From a virus (lineage: Duplodnaviria; Heunggongvirae; Uroviricota; Caudoviricetes): 64,000 nucleotides of DNA. The notes under the pieces are model-generated. The model saw only the letters and a program-made list of their open reading frames with translations. It did not search any database and had not been told where the DNA came from. The translations under genes and the position numbers were made by a program. Below are positions 1-11,575 of the stretch, in pieces. How positions within the stretch are numbered: position 1 is the first letter of the stretch; each line of letters opens with the position of its first letter. The stretch covers positions 360,164 to 424,163 of the IMG/VR virus record IMGVR_UViG_3300037455_000543; one strand, 5' to 3'.

Positions 1-945
1 GAATTCGAAGATGTCGAAGATGTTAAGACTGTAGAACCTGAAGTTATCGAAAACGTTGAAGTCGTATCGAACGTCAAGGAAGAAGTCGAAGACAATCCGT
101 ATTCTGTTGAAAGCGATGAAGATCTTGCATCTCAGTTAATTGCGGATCCTCTTCCGGTTTTCCGTCAACTCAATACCTATGCACTCATGGTTGCACGTGG
201 TCTCAACAATGCACTGTTGATTACTGGACAGGGTGGTGTTGGTAAGTCCTATAATGTGAACAAAATTCTTTCCACTTATGGTAAGAAGGGCGTTGACTAT
301 GTTATCATGAAGGGTAAGAGCTCTGTTTCCGCTATGTATAAATTCCTTTACGACAATTATGACAAGATTGTTGTATTCGACGATTGCGATAGTGTGCTTC
401 AGAATAATGACGGTCTGAATATTCTTAAGGGCGTTTTGGATAGCGGTGACGTTCGTGAAGTAAGCTGGAATACTTCTGGTAGCTGCATGGTTGATACATT
501 CGGTTGTGAAACTCACGAAGAAATCGAACAAAAACTCAAGGCTTGGGAAGAAACTCATAAGAATAAAGTTGGCATTCCTAACTATTTCCGTTTCATGGGT
601 GCTTGTATCTTTATTAGCAACTTGAGTCGTTCTGACCTTGAAAAGTCTCCGTCTATGCAGGCTCTTCTTGGAAGATGCACGGCTGTTGATATTCAGTTGA
701 TGGCTTCTGATATCATTCTTAGAATTGAGTCGGTTCTTCCGCAGAAGAAAATTTACAATACTCGTGGCCAGGATATTTCGGATCCGGCCATCAAGGAAGA
801 AGTTTTCGAATTCATGAAATCTCCGGAATTCATGGAAGATCCGAGAATCAAGAATGCTAACATTAGCTTCAGACTTTTCGACAAAATCTATATGTTCAGA
901 TATGCTGGCCTTCCGAACTGGAAAGAAATGGCTTACTGTGTCTAA
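1..945 (+). CDS. AAA+/P-loop ATPase, 5'-truncated by window edge
   Basis: Frame open from base 1; Walker A GQGGVGKS, Walker B VVFDDCD. Confidence 0.8.
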   Translation, partial: EFEDVEDVKTVEPEVIENVEVVSNVKEEVEDNPYSVESDEDLASQLIADPLPVFRQLNTYALMVARGLNNALLITGQGGVGKSYNVNKILSTYGKKGVDYVIMKGKSSVSAMYKFLYDNYDKIVVFDDCDSVLQNNDGLNILKGVLDSGDVREVSWNTSGSCMVDTFGCETHEEIEQKLKAWEETHKNKVGIPNYFRFMGACIFISNLSRSDLEKSPSMQALLGRCTAVDIQLMASDIILRIESVLPQKKIYNTRGQDISDPAIKEEVFEFMKSPEFMEDPRIKNANISFRLFDKIYMFRYAGLPNWKEMAYCV

Positions 946-969
946 TTAGACGACTGAATAAATAAATTT

Positions 970-1010
970 AAGACTTACGGGTTTAAACTTGTAAGTCTTT
1001 TTTCTATATT
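970..1010 (+). promoter_or_regulatory. terminator hairpin fused to sigma70-type promoter
   Basis: AAGACTTACGGG/CTTGTAAGTCTT stem + T-run; TTTAAA-17nt-TATATT. Confidence 0.75.
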
Positions 1011-1036
1011 ATAAAGGTAATCAAAAGGAGTTTAAC

Positions 1037-1429
1037 ATGTCTACTGCAAAGTTTATTACTTTAAAAGAATTTAAAAAATTCATTAAAGAAACATGTCCGA
1101 ATCTTTATGTGAATAAGGACGGTAGTATTTTTATCAAGAATACATGTTATCTTACTTCGATTGCTGATTTAGGCTTATACGAAGAATACCATGCTGATGG
1201 TGATAATCGTATTAAGATTGGTCAATTTGATGAATGTGTAGGCACTAGTATTTTTTATTATGGTCATAAGAAAAATATTTTTGCTGTATATAATACTGAT
1301 AAAGAAAAAGCTAAGATGTTTGAAAAAATTTATAATATCTTATTTTCTGAAAAAGAGAAAATTAGAAAGATAATATTAGACGAAGCAAATCGTCTTCATG
1401 CAATAGCAAACAAAATTTGGATTGGTTAA
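1037..1429 (+). CDS. hypothetical protein
   Basis: ORF with AAGGAG SD after promoter. Confidence 0.7.
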   Translation: MSTAKFITLKEFKKFIKETCPNLYVNKDGSIFIKNTCYLTSIADLGLYEEYHADGDNRIKIGQFDECVGTSIFYYGHKKNIFAVYNTDKEKAKMFEKIYNILFSEKEKIRKIILDEANRLHAIANKIWIG

Positions 1430-1632
1430 GGAGACCATGTTTCGTGAATTTTATGAATGTTACGTGGGATAATCGAGCGGAGCGTCAAAAAGCACTTAAT
1501 GATCCGGTTAAATATAGTGGTTATTCTGTAATTGTTGATACTGTCTATAATCATGAATCTAATTACACTCCGAAAAAACCGAAGACTCAAGAGACAATGA
1601 TAATTAATGGTAAAGAATATATTTTGAGGTAA
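1417..1632 (+). CDS. hypothetical protein (true start probably ~1437); paralog of 4209-4511
   Basis: Shared C-terminus KYSGYSxIVDTV...TMxxNGKEYIL. Confidence 0.6.
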   Translation: MDWLRRPCFVNFMNVTWDNRAERQKALNDPVKYSGYSVIVDTVYNHESNYTPKKPKTQETMIINGKEYILR

Positions 1633-1665
1633 ATCAACTAGACGACTGAAAGAATATAATGGAGT

Positions 1666-1702
1666 AAGTAAGGTTTAAGATTGACCTTACTTTTTCTATA
1701 TT
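1666..1702 (+). promoter_or_regulatory. terminator-promoter cassette
   Basis: AAGTAAGGTT/GACCTTACTT stem; TTTAAG-17-TATATT. Confidence 0.75.
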
Positions 1703-1708
1703 ATAATC

Positions 1709-2434
1709 ATGTTTGATTGTTGTGTAATGAATCCGCCTTATGAGAAAAGTCTTCACTTGAAGATTATTGCAGAACTATTACCAAAATGTGAAACAGTAGT
1801 TAATATCAGTCCATGCAGATGGCTAGAAGACCCTTTAGCCAGATATAAGAATAATTCTGATTATAAGAAGTTTGAGGATTCTGTTTCTAAAAAAATCGAT
1901 GAACTTGATATTATCAAATGTGATAATGCTAATGAATTATTTGATATTGAGCACAGTGATTTGGCAATATATAAATTTGGCAATGGCGGATATGATTATG
2001 CTAGTCTATCTAAGATGGATAGCATATCGCAAAAGATTTTTGACAAATGTAAATCTTGTAAGACAATGATGGATATTTCTACAGAAGAAGGCTATCGTGG
2101 AAAACACGATGGAATAATCGGAGTTATTGGTTCTCATCGCCATCCTGGCCCTAAGATTATTTCTGACGATTATAATTTGTTCATTACTTATCGAGAAACT
2201 TGTGGCAACAAATTAATTTTCTTTAAGAACGAAACTGAACGCCAAAATTGTTTTAAATATCTTACATCCAAGTTGATAAAGCATTATAGTAGTAAAGTAA
2301 GACAGAATCAACGAGTGCCATGGCAATTTATTCCCGTAATCGATTTTTCACAGGAATGTAATGACGGATATCTAAAAGAATTTTTCGGATTGACTGATAA
2401 AGAGTATAAAAATATTTTTATTGACAATTTGTAA
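1709..2434 (+). CDS. N6-adenine DNA methyltransferase, catalytic (NPPY) + TRD half
   Basis: Begins MFDCCVMNPPY (motif IV); no SAM-binding motif I. Confidence 0.7.
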   Translation: MFDCCVMNPPYEKSLHLKIIAELLPKCETVVNISPCRWLEDPLARYKNNSDYKKFEDSVSKKIDELDIIKCDNANELFDIEHSDLAIYKFGNGGYDYASLSKMDSISQKIFDKCKSCKTMMDISTEEGYRGKHDGIIGVIGSHRHPGPKIISDDYNLFITYRETCGNKLIFFKNETERQNCFKYLTSKLIKHYSSKVRQNQRVPWQFIPVIDFSQECNDGYLKEFFGLTDKEYKNIFIDNL

Positions 2435-2456
2435 AAAATTTTCTATATTATAAACC

Positions 2457-2918
2457 ATGCAAGATTTAACAACGAAGAATGATGGTATTGTTAGAAGTAA
2501 AGAAAGAATTACCAAGAATGGTGAAGTCTTTACTCCTAAGGCCTTAGTCGAAAAGATGATGGATAAAATTCCAGAAGAAAAATGGAAAGATCCTAAGGCT
2601 ACATTTCTTGAACCTACCTTCGGTTCGGGTAATATGTTGATTTGTATGTTGGAACGTCGTATATCTAGCGGTATTTCGCCCATAATCGCTCTACAGACTC
2701 TTTTTGGAGTCGAACTAATGCAAGACAACGTTGACTTGTGTAAAAGCCGTATACGCGACGTATTGCGTGTTAATAAGGTCAAGATAACGAAGAAGGTAAA
2801 CGATATTATTGACCATAATTTTGTATGTTCTGATTTTTTCAAATGGGATTTTGAAAACTGGTGCCCAAAAGAACAACCAGAATCTTCAGAATCAGAATTA
2901 TCAGAATTATTTACATAG
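2457..2918 (+). CDS. N6-adenine DNA methyltransferase, SAM-binding half
   Basis: GEVFTP (motif X), LEPTFGSGN (motif I), GVEL, CSDFF; no NPPY; own promoter TTGACA(2421)-17-TATATT. Confidence 0.75.
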   Translation: MQDLTTKNDGIVRSKERITKNGEVFTPKALVEKMMDKIPEEKWKDPKATFLEPTFGSGNMLICMLERRISSGISPIIALQTLFGVELMQDNVDLCKSRIRDVLRVNKVKITKKVNDIIDHNFVCSDFFKWDFENWCPKEQPESSESELSELFT

Positions 2919-2944
2919 TAAACTGAGATAAAAAGATTATAAAG

Positions 2945-2979
2945 AAAAGATTGACACTGGTCAGTCTTTTTTCTATATT
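2945..2979 (+). promoter_or_regulatory. terminator-promoter cassette
   Basis: AAAAGATTGAC/GTCAGTCTTTT stem containing TTGACA-17-TATATT. Confidence 0.8.
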
Positions 2980-3008
2980 ATAAAGGTAATCAACGAGGAG
3001 CATAAACA

Positions 3009-3419
3009 ATGTATCTGTTCAGAAGAATTAGCGAAGAAAAGAATTTGACCAAAGGTGGTCGTGGTCGTGTTGATATTTATCAGTCTGTGCATGCTGATTT
3101 GAATTATCTTATTGGCTGTGCAAAGAGTAATGTGCATAGTCTTGATGATAGTTTGCCGAATTGGCATGTTCATGTAAAGGAACCTGACCAGAAGTATCAT
3201 CCTGGCTGTGTATTCTGTTCTGAAGGCTTGACTACATTCTATAGTGGCTTCGGAACTAGGGAAGACGACAAGTATGAATGTAAGACAAAAGTTTTCATTT
3301 TCAATACAGACTATATTCCGAACAATATGATTAAGGAAATTGATGAACAGGATATTTCGTTCATTCCCTATTATGAACATGGCAAATCTCCAGATCAAAT
3401 TTATGCTGAAACAAATTAA
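3009..3419 (+). CDS. hypothetical protein
   Basis: ORF with GAGGAG SD. Confidence 0.7.
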   Translation: MYLFRRISEEKNLTKGGRGRVDIYQSVHADLNYLIGCAKSNVHSLDDSLPNWHVHVKEPDQKYHPGCVFCSEGLTTFYSGFGTREDDKYECKTKVFIFNTDYIPNNMIKEIDEQDISFIPYYEHGKSPDQIYAETN

Positions 3420-3441
3420 GGATTAGTAAAGGAAATCAGGA

Positions 3442-3828
3442 ATGAGAACTTATACTGATGAAACAATAGGCATTACAAAGATTATGCTTACAGAAGCAAT
3501 ATGTTCAATATTGGTAGGTATAATAGCTACAGTTATAGTAATGTATTTGCATAATGATAGTATTATCTGCACTGAGTTCTATTGTTATGCTCATCGTCAT
3601 TCTGTTTATTGTTATTTAGGCTGGAGTGGAATTAATGGTGTTGCAACATATGCTATCTGGACTATAATTTTGGGGTTTACCAGATATCCGCTATTTTATA
3701 ATATATTCTGTGTATGGCTTTATAATGTATTACATTTTTCTAGTAATTATTCTGCATGGAAAAGTAATATAAAGAAAAATACAATGAAAGAATTTTTGAA
3801 TTACGAAAAAAGTAGGCTTATACGATGA
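3442..3828 (+). CDS. membrane protein
   Basis: 2-3 hydrophobic segments. Confidence 0.65.
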   Translation: MRTYTDETIGITKIMLTEAICSILVGIIATVIVMYLHNDSIICTEFYCYAHRHSVYCYLGWSGINGVATYAIWTIILGFTRYPLFYNIFCVWLYNVLHFSSNYSAWKSNIKKNTMKEFLNYEKSRLIR

Positions 3829-4219
3829 AAAGAGAGTTTTTTTCTTATATTTAAGAGGTAAAGAAGAGGTCATAATGAATAGAATTATCCAGAAGATAAG
3901 TATACAATGGGTTCCATTTAAGGAAACTCTCCCGAAAGTCGGCTCATTTATAGTAGCTAAACGCTCTGACGAAACATTACGTTTTATGTTCGGAACGTTT
4001 ACTGACAATGGATTTGCATGCCCCGATGGAACATTTATTACTTCGTTACTACATGAACAGTTTGTGTGGTCGTATGTATCTGATGTTTTCTCTGAACAGA
4101 CAACAGTGGATTCAAAGACTGACAAAGTGGTCCAAGAAATTCTTGATTCTATTGTTCCGTGAGAATTTAAGGAGAATTTTTGAATTACGAAAAAAGTAGG
4201 CTTATACGATGAAAAGAGA
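3789..4219. repeat. 47-bp perfect direct repeat (3789-3835 and 4173-4219) flanking one gene
   Basis: AGAATTTTTGAATTACGAAAAAAGTAGGCTTATACGATGAAAAGAGA occurs twice. Confidence 0.9.
3875..4162 (+). CDS. hypothetical protein, DUF551-like
   Basis: WVPFKETLP N-terminal motif. Confidence 0.55.
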   Translation: MNRIIQKISIQWVPFKETLPKVGSFIVAKRSDETLRFMFGTFTDNGFACPDGTFITSLLHEQFVWSYVSDVFSEQTTVDSKTDKVVQEILDSIVP

Positions 4220-4511
4220 ATATGCTTTAATTACAAGGGCTTCTGTTTTTTGGAGTTCTATTGGTATTTTGATTGTATATATGCTAATCGGATTAGCTCC
4301 ATCTATTATGTTGGTATCTGCTAATCAACGTGGCCAATATGCATTAGGTCCATGCTTTTATTGTAGGAATTGTAATTCTCCTGAAACAGCTGGAAAATAT
4401 AGTGGTTATTCGACTATTGTAGATACTGTCTGGACAAATAAGGATTATAGTAATCTTGAAAATAAACCGCAAACTATGATGGTTAACGGCAAAGAATACA
4501 TCCTTAAATAA
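4209..4511 (+). CDS. membrane protein, paralog of 1417-1632
   Basis: N-terminal TM helix, shared C-terminus. Confidence 0.65.
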   Translation: MKREYALITRASVFWSSIGILIVYMLIGLAPSIMLVSANQRGQYALGPCFYCRNCNSPETAGKYSGYSTIVDTVWTNKDYSNLENKPQTMMVNGKEYILK

Positions 4512-4591
4512 GACAACTGATTAGATATTATTATATGAACAGGGTTTAAAAATGACCCTACTTTTTCTATATTATAAAGGTAATCAAAAAG

Positions 4592-6213
4592 GTGATAGTC
4601 ATGAACGCTGGTTTTAAAAAGACAAAAACTTATAAAGAATTAAAGAAACAAAATAAAGTTAAAAAAGATAAATTTGAAACAGAAAATGTCACAATACCTA
4701 CTCTTGTAGCATTTGTTGTTGGTATTGCTTTTTGTATCAATTTTTTAGGAAAGATCTGGGATTGGATCTATAAGCCACAGGAAACTGTTGGTTGGTTTTT
4801 CCTTGCGGCTGGTGGCTCTACTATTGCAATTTTACTTTTCTTTATTATTGCATTCATTATTGGCGAAATTATAAACCTAATTATTGGTGAAATTGTCTAT
4901 CCAATAATGCTTAAAATTGAAGTAAGTAGTGAAGATAATTTTAACAGAATAAAGCGCGAATATCGAGACTGGATGGACGAGATATATTGCGAATTCAATC
5001 ATTACTATCCAGCTGACTTATCATCAAAAAGGACAATCAACAATTCATGGAGGAATAATGCCTAAGAATGAAACTACAGTTGAACAATATGTAGAAGCTG
5101 TTAAGCTTTATAAGAAACTCGAAGATAAGGCTAAAGTATTCTTTGACTTGATTGCAAATTTTGGTGAACGTTTGCATAATGTATATCGTTCGCATAAAAA
5201 AGCAGAGGCAATTTTTGATGAACTAACAGATGAGCTTAGTATTGAATGGCTGGTCTATGATGATGTAATTGACGGAATATTGGAAGAAAGCTCAATAGAT
5301 ATTAATTATATTGAGGTGCCGGCTGGTATCAAGAAAATGACTGGGATTTATATCATAAATTGGTATAATGACAAGCATGACCATATTTGTATTCCGCTCA
5401 AGTATCTTATGGATTTATCGGAAGTAAGAGCTATCATTAAAAAATATGATAAGATTATTGATGCAGATGAAAAGAAATTTGCCGCATATAAAAGAGACGA
5501 TGTTGTTGGAAAAGTTCTTGAAGAGATGCTTGAACAGGGTTTTAATAAGTATAAGAGAAATCCGGCACTTATCGTAAAGAATTTTGACAGTATTGGCAAG
5601 TCTATATTTGATGATTACTGGGAAGAATTCGCTATCAAGATTGAAGGCGCAGATGTTCGGCATATTAATAATAAGTATGTTGTAAGTATCGCCTATACAG
5701 TAGACGAGGGCAATATCCAGGTATTTCTTGCAGAAATCTGATATAGATAACTGAGAAAATATAATATGACAAGTAAGGTTTAATAACGACCTTACTTTTT
5801 CTATATTATAAAGGTAGTCGTCGATTTATGATTACGCATCCAACATTAGTCAAGTAAAGGAGAAAACTATGTTTAATGAACAATGGGCGGAAAAAATGCT
5901 TAAACATTATTCAACTGTGCTAGGCATCAGTTCTGAAGATGTAATTGCATATTTTAGCGAGCAAATGCTAAATTTCGGTCTTCGTAGACAATTTGACCAT
6001 ATCAGGTTTGATAGCGGTAAAGAAAAGTTTGTTCCGATTGAACCGATTAATCTGAATGATTGTGATTTTAGTCGTAACCGTGTTATCAAGATTGATTCAC
6101 CGTCTAAAGATTTTCCGGTTGAAAAATTTAGCGATAAGCTAATTAAAGAATGGGAACAGCCAGATTATTATAAAGAAAGTTTGCATAAGCTTTTAAAAGA
6201 ACACGGTTATTAA
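4592..6213 (+). CDS. three hypothetical genes (4592-5065 membrane, 5058-5741, 5869-6213)
   Basis: Packed ORFs with SD; terminator-promoter cassettes at ~4540 and ~5771. Confidence 0.65.
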
Positions 6214-6234
6214 TCAACTAACGGAGCGGACTAA

Positions 6235-6852
6235 ATGAACTTGGGAAAAGATCCATTGTGCTATTCTAAAGCATACAGGCATAAGCTAAGAGAAATCTAT
6301 AAGTCTATTATTGATTATCGCAAAGCTAATCCTTGCAAAGACCAATATTTTGAAATCCATCATATTATTCCTAAGCATATATGCAAGAAACTTGGAATTG
6401 ATATGAATTCAATTAATAATAAGGTTCAACTGTCTGTAAAAGAACATGCGTTTGTCCATATGATTCTTGACAGAACACGTGGCTTTAAAGTTATTGGTAG
6501 TAAAAGCCTTAAGCGTATTGCGGAAAACAAGATTAATGGCTATAAACAAACTGGATTGGAAAAGGTAGGAAAGCCTATTCTTACTAGTGAAGATCGCCAT
6601 GTGATTAATCTTGGCCGTAAAGAAGTGCTTGCAAAATATAAAAAGAAAATCAATGACTATATTATTACCAAAGCATCGGCAACTGACTTTTATCATGCTA
6701 TTTGTGACGTTCTCAGAAAAAAGCTTAATATTCCAAACGAAATTGAATTTAACATGTCGAAAAATATTACAGGCCATTTGAGAAATAGCATTCCTACGGC
6801 ATTAACGTTAGGTTTATCGGTAAAAACATTGCTGCGAACTGAAGTAAAATAA
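6235..6852 (+). CDS. HNH-domain protein (homing endonuclease-like)
   Basis: EIHHIIPK...NNKVQLSVKEHAFVH. Confidence 0.7.
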   Translation: MNLGKDPLCYSKAYRHKLREIYKSIIDYRKANPCKDQYFEIHHIIPKHICKKLGIDMNSINNKVQLSVKEHAFVHMILDRTRGFKVIGSKSLKRIAENKINGYKQTGLEKVGKPILTSEDRHVINLGRKEVLAKYKKKINDYIITKASATDFYHAICDVLRKKLNIPNEIEFNMSKNITGHLRNSIPTALTLGLSVKTLLRTEVK

Positions 6853-6912
6853 GATTAAAATAAAGATTGACAATTAGTCAGTCTTTTTCTATATTATAAT
6901 TTAGAGGAAAAA

Positions 6913-9594
6913 ATGAAAAAAGAATTTATTAAGACCGAGCATATTACTCTTGATGGCCATGTATTAACAGAAGATGAAAAAGCTCGTGAAGATCGAATTG
7001 ACAAGGATCAATATTGGCTTGATCGTCATGAAAAATTATGGCAAGAGGGTGTTGAAGCTAAACCTGAGCATTATGCCTTAGGTGCTGTAGAATGCGCCCG
7101 TCGTGCTGATTATTGTGAAAGACGTCATTTGTGTGGATATAAACATGATGTCATTATCAAATGGTATTGGAAGAAGGATGATGGCACGACTGAAATCGAA
7201 GAAACTGAAAATTATTTAGCAAGCACATGGAATAAAATTAATTTGTTCAGATGCGCTGCCCAATATTGGTCAAGCATAGCTCGACAGGTTCAACGTAAAG
7301 AAGAACTTGAAAATCCGTTGCACATGCATGTTGAACATAAAGATATTATTATCACTGACCCATGCTACATTGCCAAGGAATGGGATAAATTTTATGATAA
7401 ATATGTAACTCGCCCAGTTAGCCGACTTGATGTTCCAGCTGATGAAAGATGTAACGGTGAAAATATCTTGATGAGAGATACGATTTATGGTGACTGGTCT
7501 TGTCATGTATTCAATGAAAAGAAAGAGTCTATCGGTCGTTTCTGTGCGGATGCGGGTATGGTTTGTATCGCAGTCCTGGGTGAGAATCCTGATATCGATC
7601 CGGAAAAGGTAAAAGAAATTTCAAAAAAAGACTGGTGTGCTACAATTCTTAAAGATTATACTGGCGATCTTTATATCAAACGTGCACCTACTGAAGGTTC
7701 GTATGATGAAATTTACGTTGAAGGCGTCGGTTCAATCAATTTCACGTCAAGGCAGACTGGCCTGTAATGGTTGACTGAACAAATATAATATGGTAAGTAA
7801 GGTTTAATATCGGTCTTATTTTTTCTATATTAAGGATATAAAAGGAATATTAATTATGTGTGCTACACTTGAAGAGTTTAAAAAGGCTAAAAAAATTACA
7901 GATGAAGTTGAAGATAAACTGTATTCGATGGTGTCTGACTTTAACAGATTCTATCCGCATAGCCGTTCATATGAAAATATTGAATTCCGAGAGGGGCAGG
8001 ACTATGCAATTATTCATTATGAAGAATATTGCATGGGCGAAAGTGATTCTTATGATGACTGGATTATTCCCACGTCAATTATTGAAGATTATATTGCTGG
8101 TAACAAGGAAAAGGCAATGAATGCCATGCGAGAATACAGGGCGGAAGAAAAACGCAGAATCGAAGAAGAAAGAAAGCGTCGTGAGGAAGAAGCTAAAAAG
8201 CAAAGGGAACGAGAACTCGCTTTGGCCGCAGAAAGAAAAGAAAAAGCAGATTATGAGCTTTGGAAAAAGTTAAATGAAAAATACGGGAGTAAAACAAATG
8301 CCTAGACAATATTGCGTTCAGCTACTTAATCTAACAACTGGAAAAACAAGCCTGTATATTTGTAAGGCGAATAACATTTATGAAGCTCTTAAAATCAGTG
8401 GTGTAATTCCAAAAGATGCTGATGTAACAGCAGACACTAAATGGGAAACGAACTACAAGTTGGAAACATTATATTCCGAGCCGGTTGACTAAAATCAAAA
8501 TATTATTTAAACGAAGATTGACGAAAGTCAGTCTTTTTTCTATATTATAAAGGTAATCAAAAGGAGTCAATAATGTTCAATTTCTTCAAAAAGAAAACGT
8601 TTGATATTGAAAGCGTCAATGAATTAATGGCACGAAACGATAAGTTTTATTTTGATACCAATTATGATCTCGTTCGTATTAAAGGAACCTCAATTTTTGG
8701 ATCTTTGCAGGATTTAACATTTAAGTCTGTCGAAGTTGACGGAGAAGATTTCAAAGTTCAAGAAAGTATTTCCAAGGGCGGATATAAGGTTGGCGATGAA
8801 ATTTTTTGGAAAATGCCATTTACTGAAATAGAACGTGAAATGCTTGTTTATAAGATTAACGGTAAAACAAGTATTTGCGAAGAAACTATTCAAAATGCAG
8901 TCAAAAAGTATGAATATAACAAAAAGTATGTATTCAATCCGACTTTGGCGACACAGAGGAATGGTTTGAACTGGTTCTTCCTCATTTGTCTTCGTCCGAC
9001 GGATATTAATCCTTATTTTGAATTCCTTGACCAGCAAGAAGCAACAGAATATATTGTCGAATACAGAAATTATGTATTAAAGGAATTTCAAAAACGTTCG
9101 GACGATGGAAAATATCAATTCGATATGGTCGTAACTGTTGAACCGTATTTGACTTGGCTTGATCAAAATAAGGAAAAGCTCGATGTCGAAAAACATCGCA
9201 GGGAAGAAAACGAAAAATGCAAAGACATTTTTGATATGATTAGGAGAGCTTAATGAAAACGAATTTTGCAAATTTTATGGAAGCTGAACGTTATCTTAGG
9301 AAACATCTGGATCTTCCTAAGAAAGTTCGAATCAAGACAGAATATAATTTGTTTACTGTTAAGGCAAATGATAAGCATCCTGATATTCGTGCATTACGTC
9401 AATATCTCGATTTTGAATATCATGGCAAGAATGCGGGTGTTGGTGTTGTCGAACAGTATAAGCCTGAAGTAAAGAAAGGTGAATGGGTTATGACTGTTGA
9501 TGGTAATAAGCCATGGATTTTCGTGGAAACTGAAAACTTTAAGGAAATTACTGAAGAGGAATTTATTTCTAAGATTAACGGAATTCTTGAATGA
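6913..9594 (+). CDS. five hypothetical genes (6913-7767, 7856-8305, ~8298-8492, 8573-9253, 9253-9594)
   Basis: Packed ORFs; 6913 has ITDPCY...GDW...DAGMV; cassettes at ~6863, ~7796, ~8513. Confidence 0.65.
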
Positions 9595-10487
9595 AAACAC
9601 TTTATAACTTTATAGAAGAAACATATCATATTGATTTGAGTCAAAGCAAGTTCACAATCAATGTGACTAATGTAAAGAATGGTTCACGACCCGATTACTG
9701 GACTATGAAGCTATGGGACGGAACAATCAAGGATTGGGAATTGTCTAATCTTATTGCTTGGACTGGTAAACGTGATATGGTTCTGTGGAAACCTGGAACA
9801 TATATTATCCAGATCTATAAGACTGATGCTGGTAGTTATCTTCTGGGTTCTCTGTTTAAAGTTATTAGTTGCACTAAGAATCCGAATTTTGGTAAACCTG
9901 TTGAAGAATGTGACAGAAGTCTTTATTCTGCGGAAACTGGTTGTAATGAGCCGAATACCAGATATACATATCGGTTTGAACAAATCGATCTGAATATGTA
10001 TCGTGGTTGGCCCATTAAGTTGGATTTCAAAATGAATCAGGCTTATCAGCTTGATTGCAAGACATGGAAAGATAAAATCTTAATGGAACCGATTTCGACT
10101 TATACAGCCCATAAATTTCCAGGTTATAAAAATGTCGATCACAGCTTAATAGATTTGAAAAGCTTAATAGATTTACCAGAATGGAAAATCGCTTTAGAAA
10201 ATCAAAAAGGCGTATATATGCATACTGATATGCTTAATGGAAAACATTATATTGGTAGTGCATATGGTAAAGCAAGATTGTGGAGTAGGCTAAAAGAATA
10301 TACAGTAACTGGGCATGGTGGTAATTTGGGCTTAATAGAATTAGGTGCAGATTATATTTTTAAAAATTTCAAAACTTGTATTCTTGAAGAATGCCCGGAT
10401 AATATGAGTGACGAAGAAATTATCCAACGTGAAAATATGTATAAGGATAAATTTATGACTCGCGAATTTGGCTATAACAAAAACTAA
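9591..10487 (+). CDS. GIY-YIG nuclease family protein
   Basis: C-terminal GVY...HYIGSA...RL..Y...ILE...RE...N. Confidence 0.75.
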   Translation: MKTLYNFIEETYHIDLSQSKFTINVTNVKNGSRPDYWTMKLWDGTIKDWELSNLIAWTGKRDMVLWKPGTYIIQIYKTDAGSYLLGSLFKVISCTKNPNFGKPVEECDRSLYSAETGCNEPNTRYTYRFEQIDLNMYRGWPIKLDFKMNQAYQLDCKTWKDKILMEPISTYTAHKFPGYKNVDHSLIDLKSLIDLPEWKIALENQKGVYMHTDMLNGKHYIGSAYGKARLWSRLKEYTVTGHGGNLGLIELGADYIFKNFKTCILEECPDNMSDEEIIQRENMYKDKFMTREFGYNKN

Positions 10488-10823
10488 TAAAAGGAAATCA
10501 GACAATGGCAGAATTTACAAAAACCGTATATGTTCCGATTGAAATTACGACAAGTAATAAACTTACGGATGAACAGGCGCTTAAAATCGCCGAGATTATT
10601 TTTGACGATACTTCGAATAGTGTAGAAGTAGTTAGTAAAGAGGCACAGATTAAAATTGAAGATTGGGCAGTACATAAGCCTGTTACCGGTTGGGATATCG
10701 GTAAGAATTATTTACCTAGAGCATAAATTTTAGCTTAATAAAAATTTTCAAAATAAAAAACTGTGTCGAGTCTCGATACAGTTTTTTTTCTATATTTGGA
10801 TTAAAGTTATAAGAGGTAAAAGA

Positions 10824-11573
10824 ATGAATTATAATATTGAAATGATTAATCTTCTTTCTGAACTTTATCCAATTCAACCACAATTGGCTTTTTATAAGGT
10901 CGATGACAAGATTGTTTTAAAGGCACAAGAAGTAAGACAGAAACTTGCATATAAGCTTGAAGCACCAACTGAATATTTTGATTTCCCAGCTGAAGCATTG
11001 AGATTCTATGACTTTAAGAAATTTATGGATTTCTTTAATACGTTCAATGTTGATTCCAAGGATGAACAGTTAAAAGATACTCCGATTCTTGACGCAACAT
11101 TACTTGAATCTGGTGAAATTTCAAATATTATCATTGAGTCGTCCAAGGGTAAGCAGAAGTTCTCTTACAGGGCTGCAATTCCTGGAACAGTCGATGAACC
11201 GCAATTTAATAATCTTGCGCTTCCTACTATTGGTGCAAAGGTAACATTGTCTGAAGCACAGATTAATCATTTGAAGAAGATGGTTAATTTGATTTATGAC
11301 AAGAGCACTCCGGGCGGAATTAAGATTGAATGTGCTGGCGATACTATGAAAGTTACTTTACACAATATTGTAACTTCTAATAGTTATGACATCGAATATA
11401 AGCTTAATGGAACAGCGGAAAAGGATTTCAACTTGACTATCAATAGAGAAGGCTTATTGTTGTTACCGTCTGCATCGTTTGACATCGACGTTGGTCCTAA
11501 AGGTTTGATTTTCCACATGCTCAGAGACGACAATATTAAGTTAACAATGGCAATTTCCTATATGAAGGCATAA
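10824..11573 (+). CDS. sliding clamp, T4 gp45-like
   Basis: 249 aa, FP...RFYDFKKF motif, adjacent to clamp loader. Confidence 0.65.
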   Translation: MNYNIEMINLLSELYPIQPQLAFYKVDDKIVLKAQEVRQKLAYKLEAPTEYFDFPAEALRFYDFKKFMDFFNTFNVDSKDEQLKDTPILDATLLESGEISNIIIESSKGKQKFSYRAAIPGTVDEPQFNNLALPTIGAKVTLSEAQINHLKKMVNLIYDKSTPGGIKIECAGDTMKVTLHNIVTSNSYDIEYKLNGTAEKDFNLTINREGLLLLPSASFDIDVGPKGLIFHMLRDDNIKLTMAISYMKA

Positions 11574-11575
11574 TT

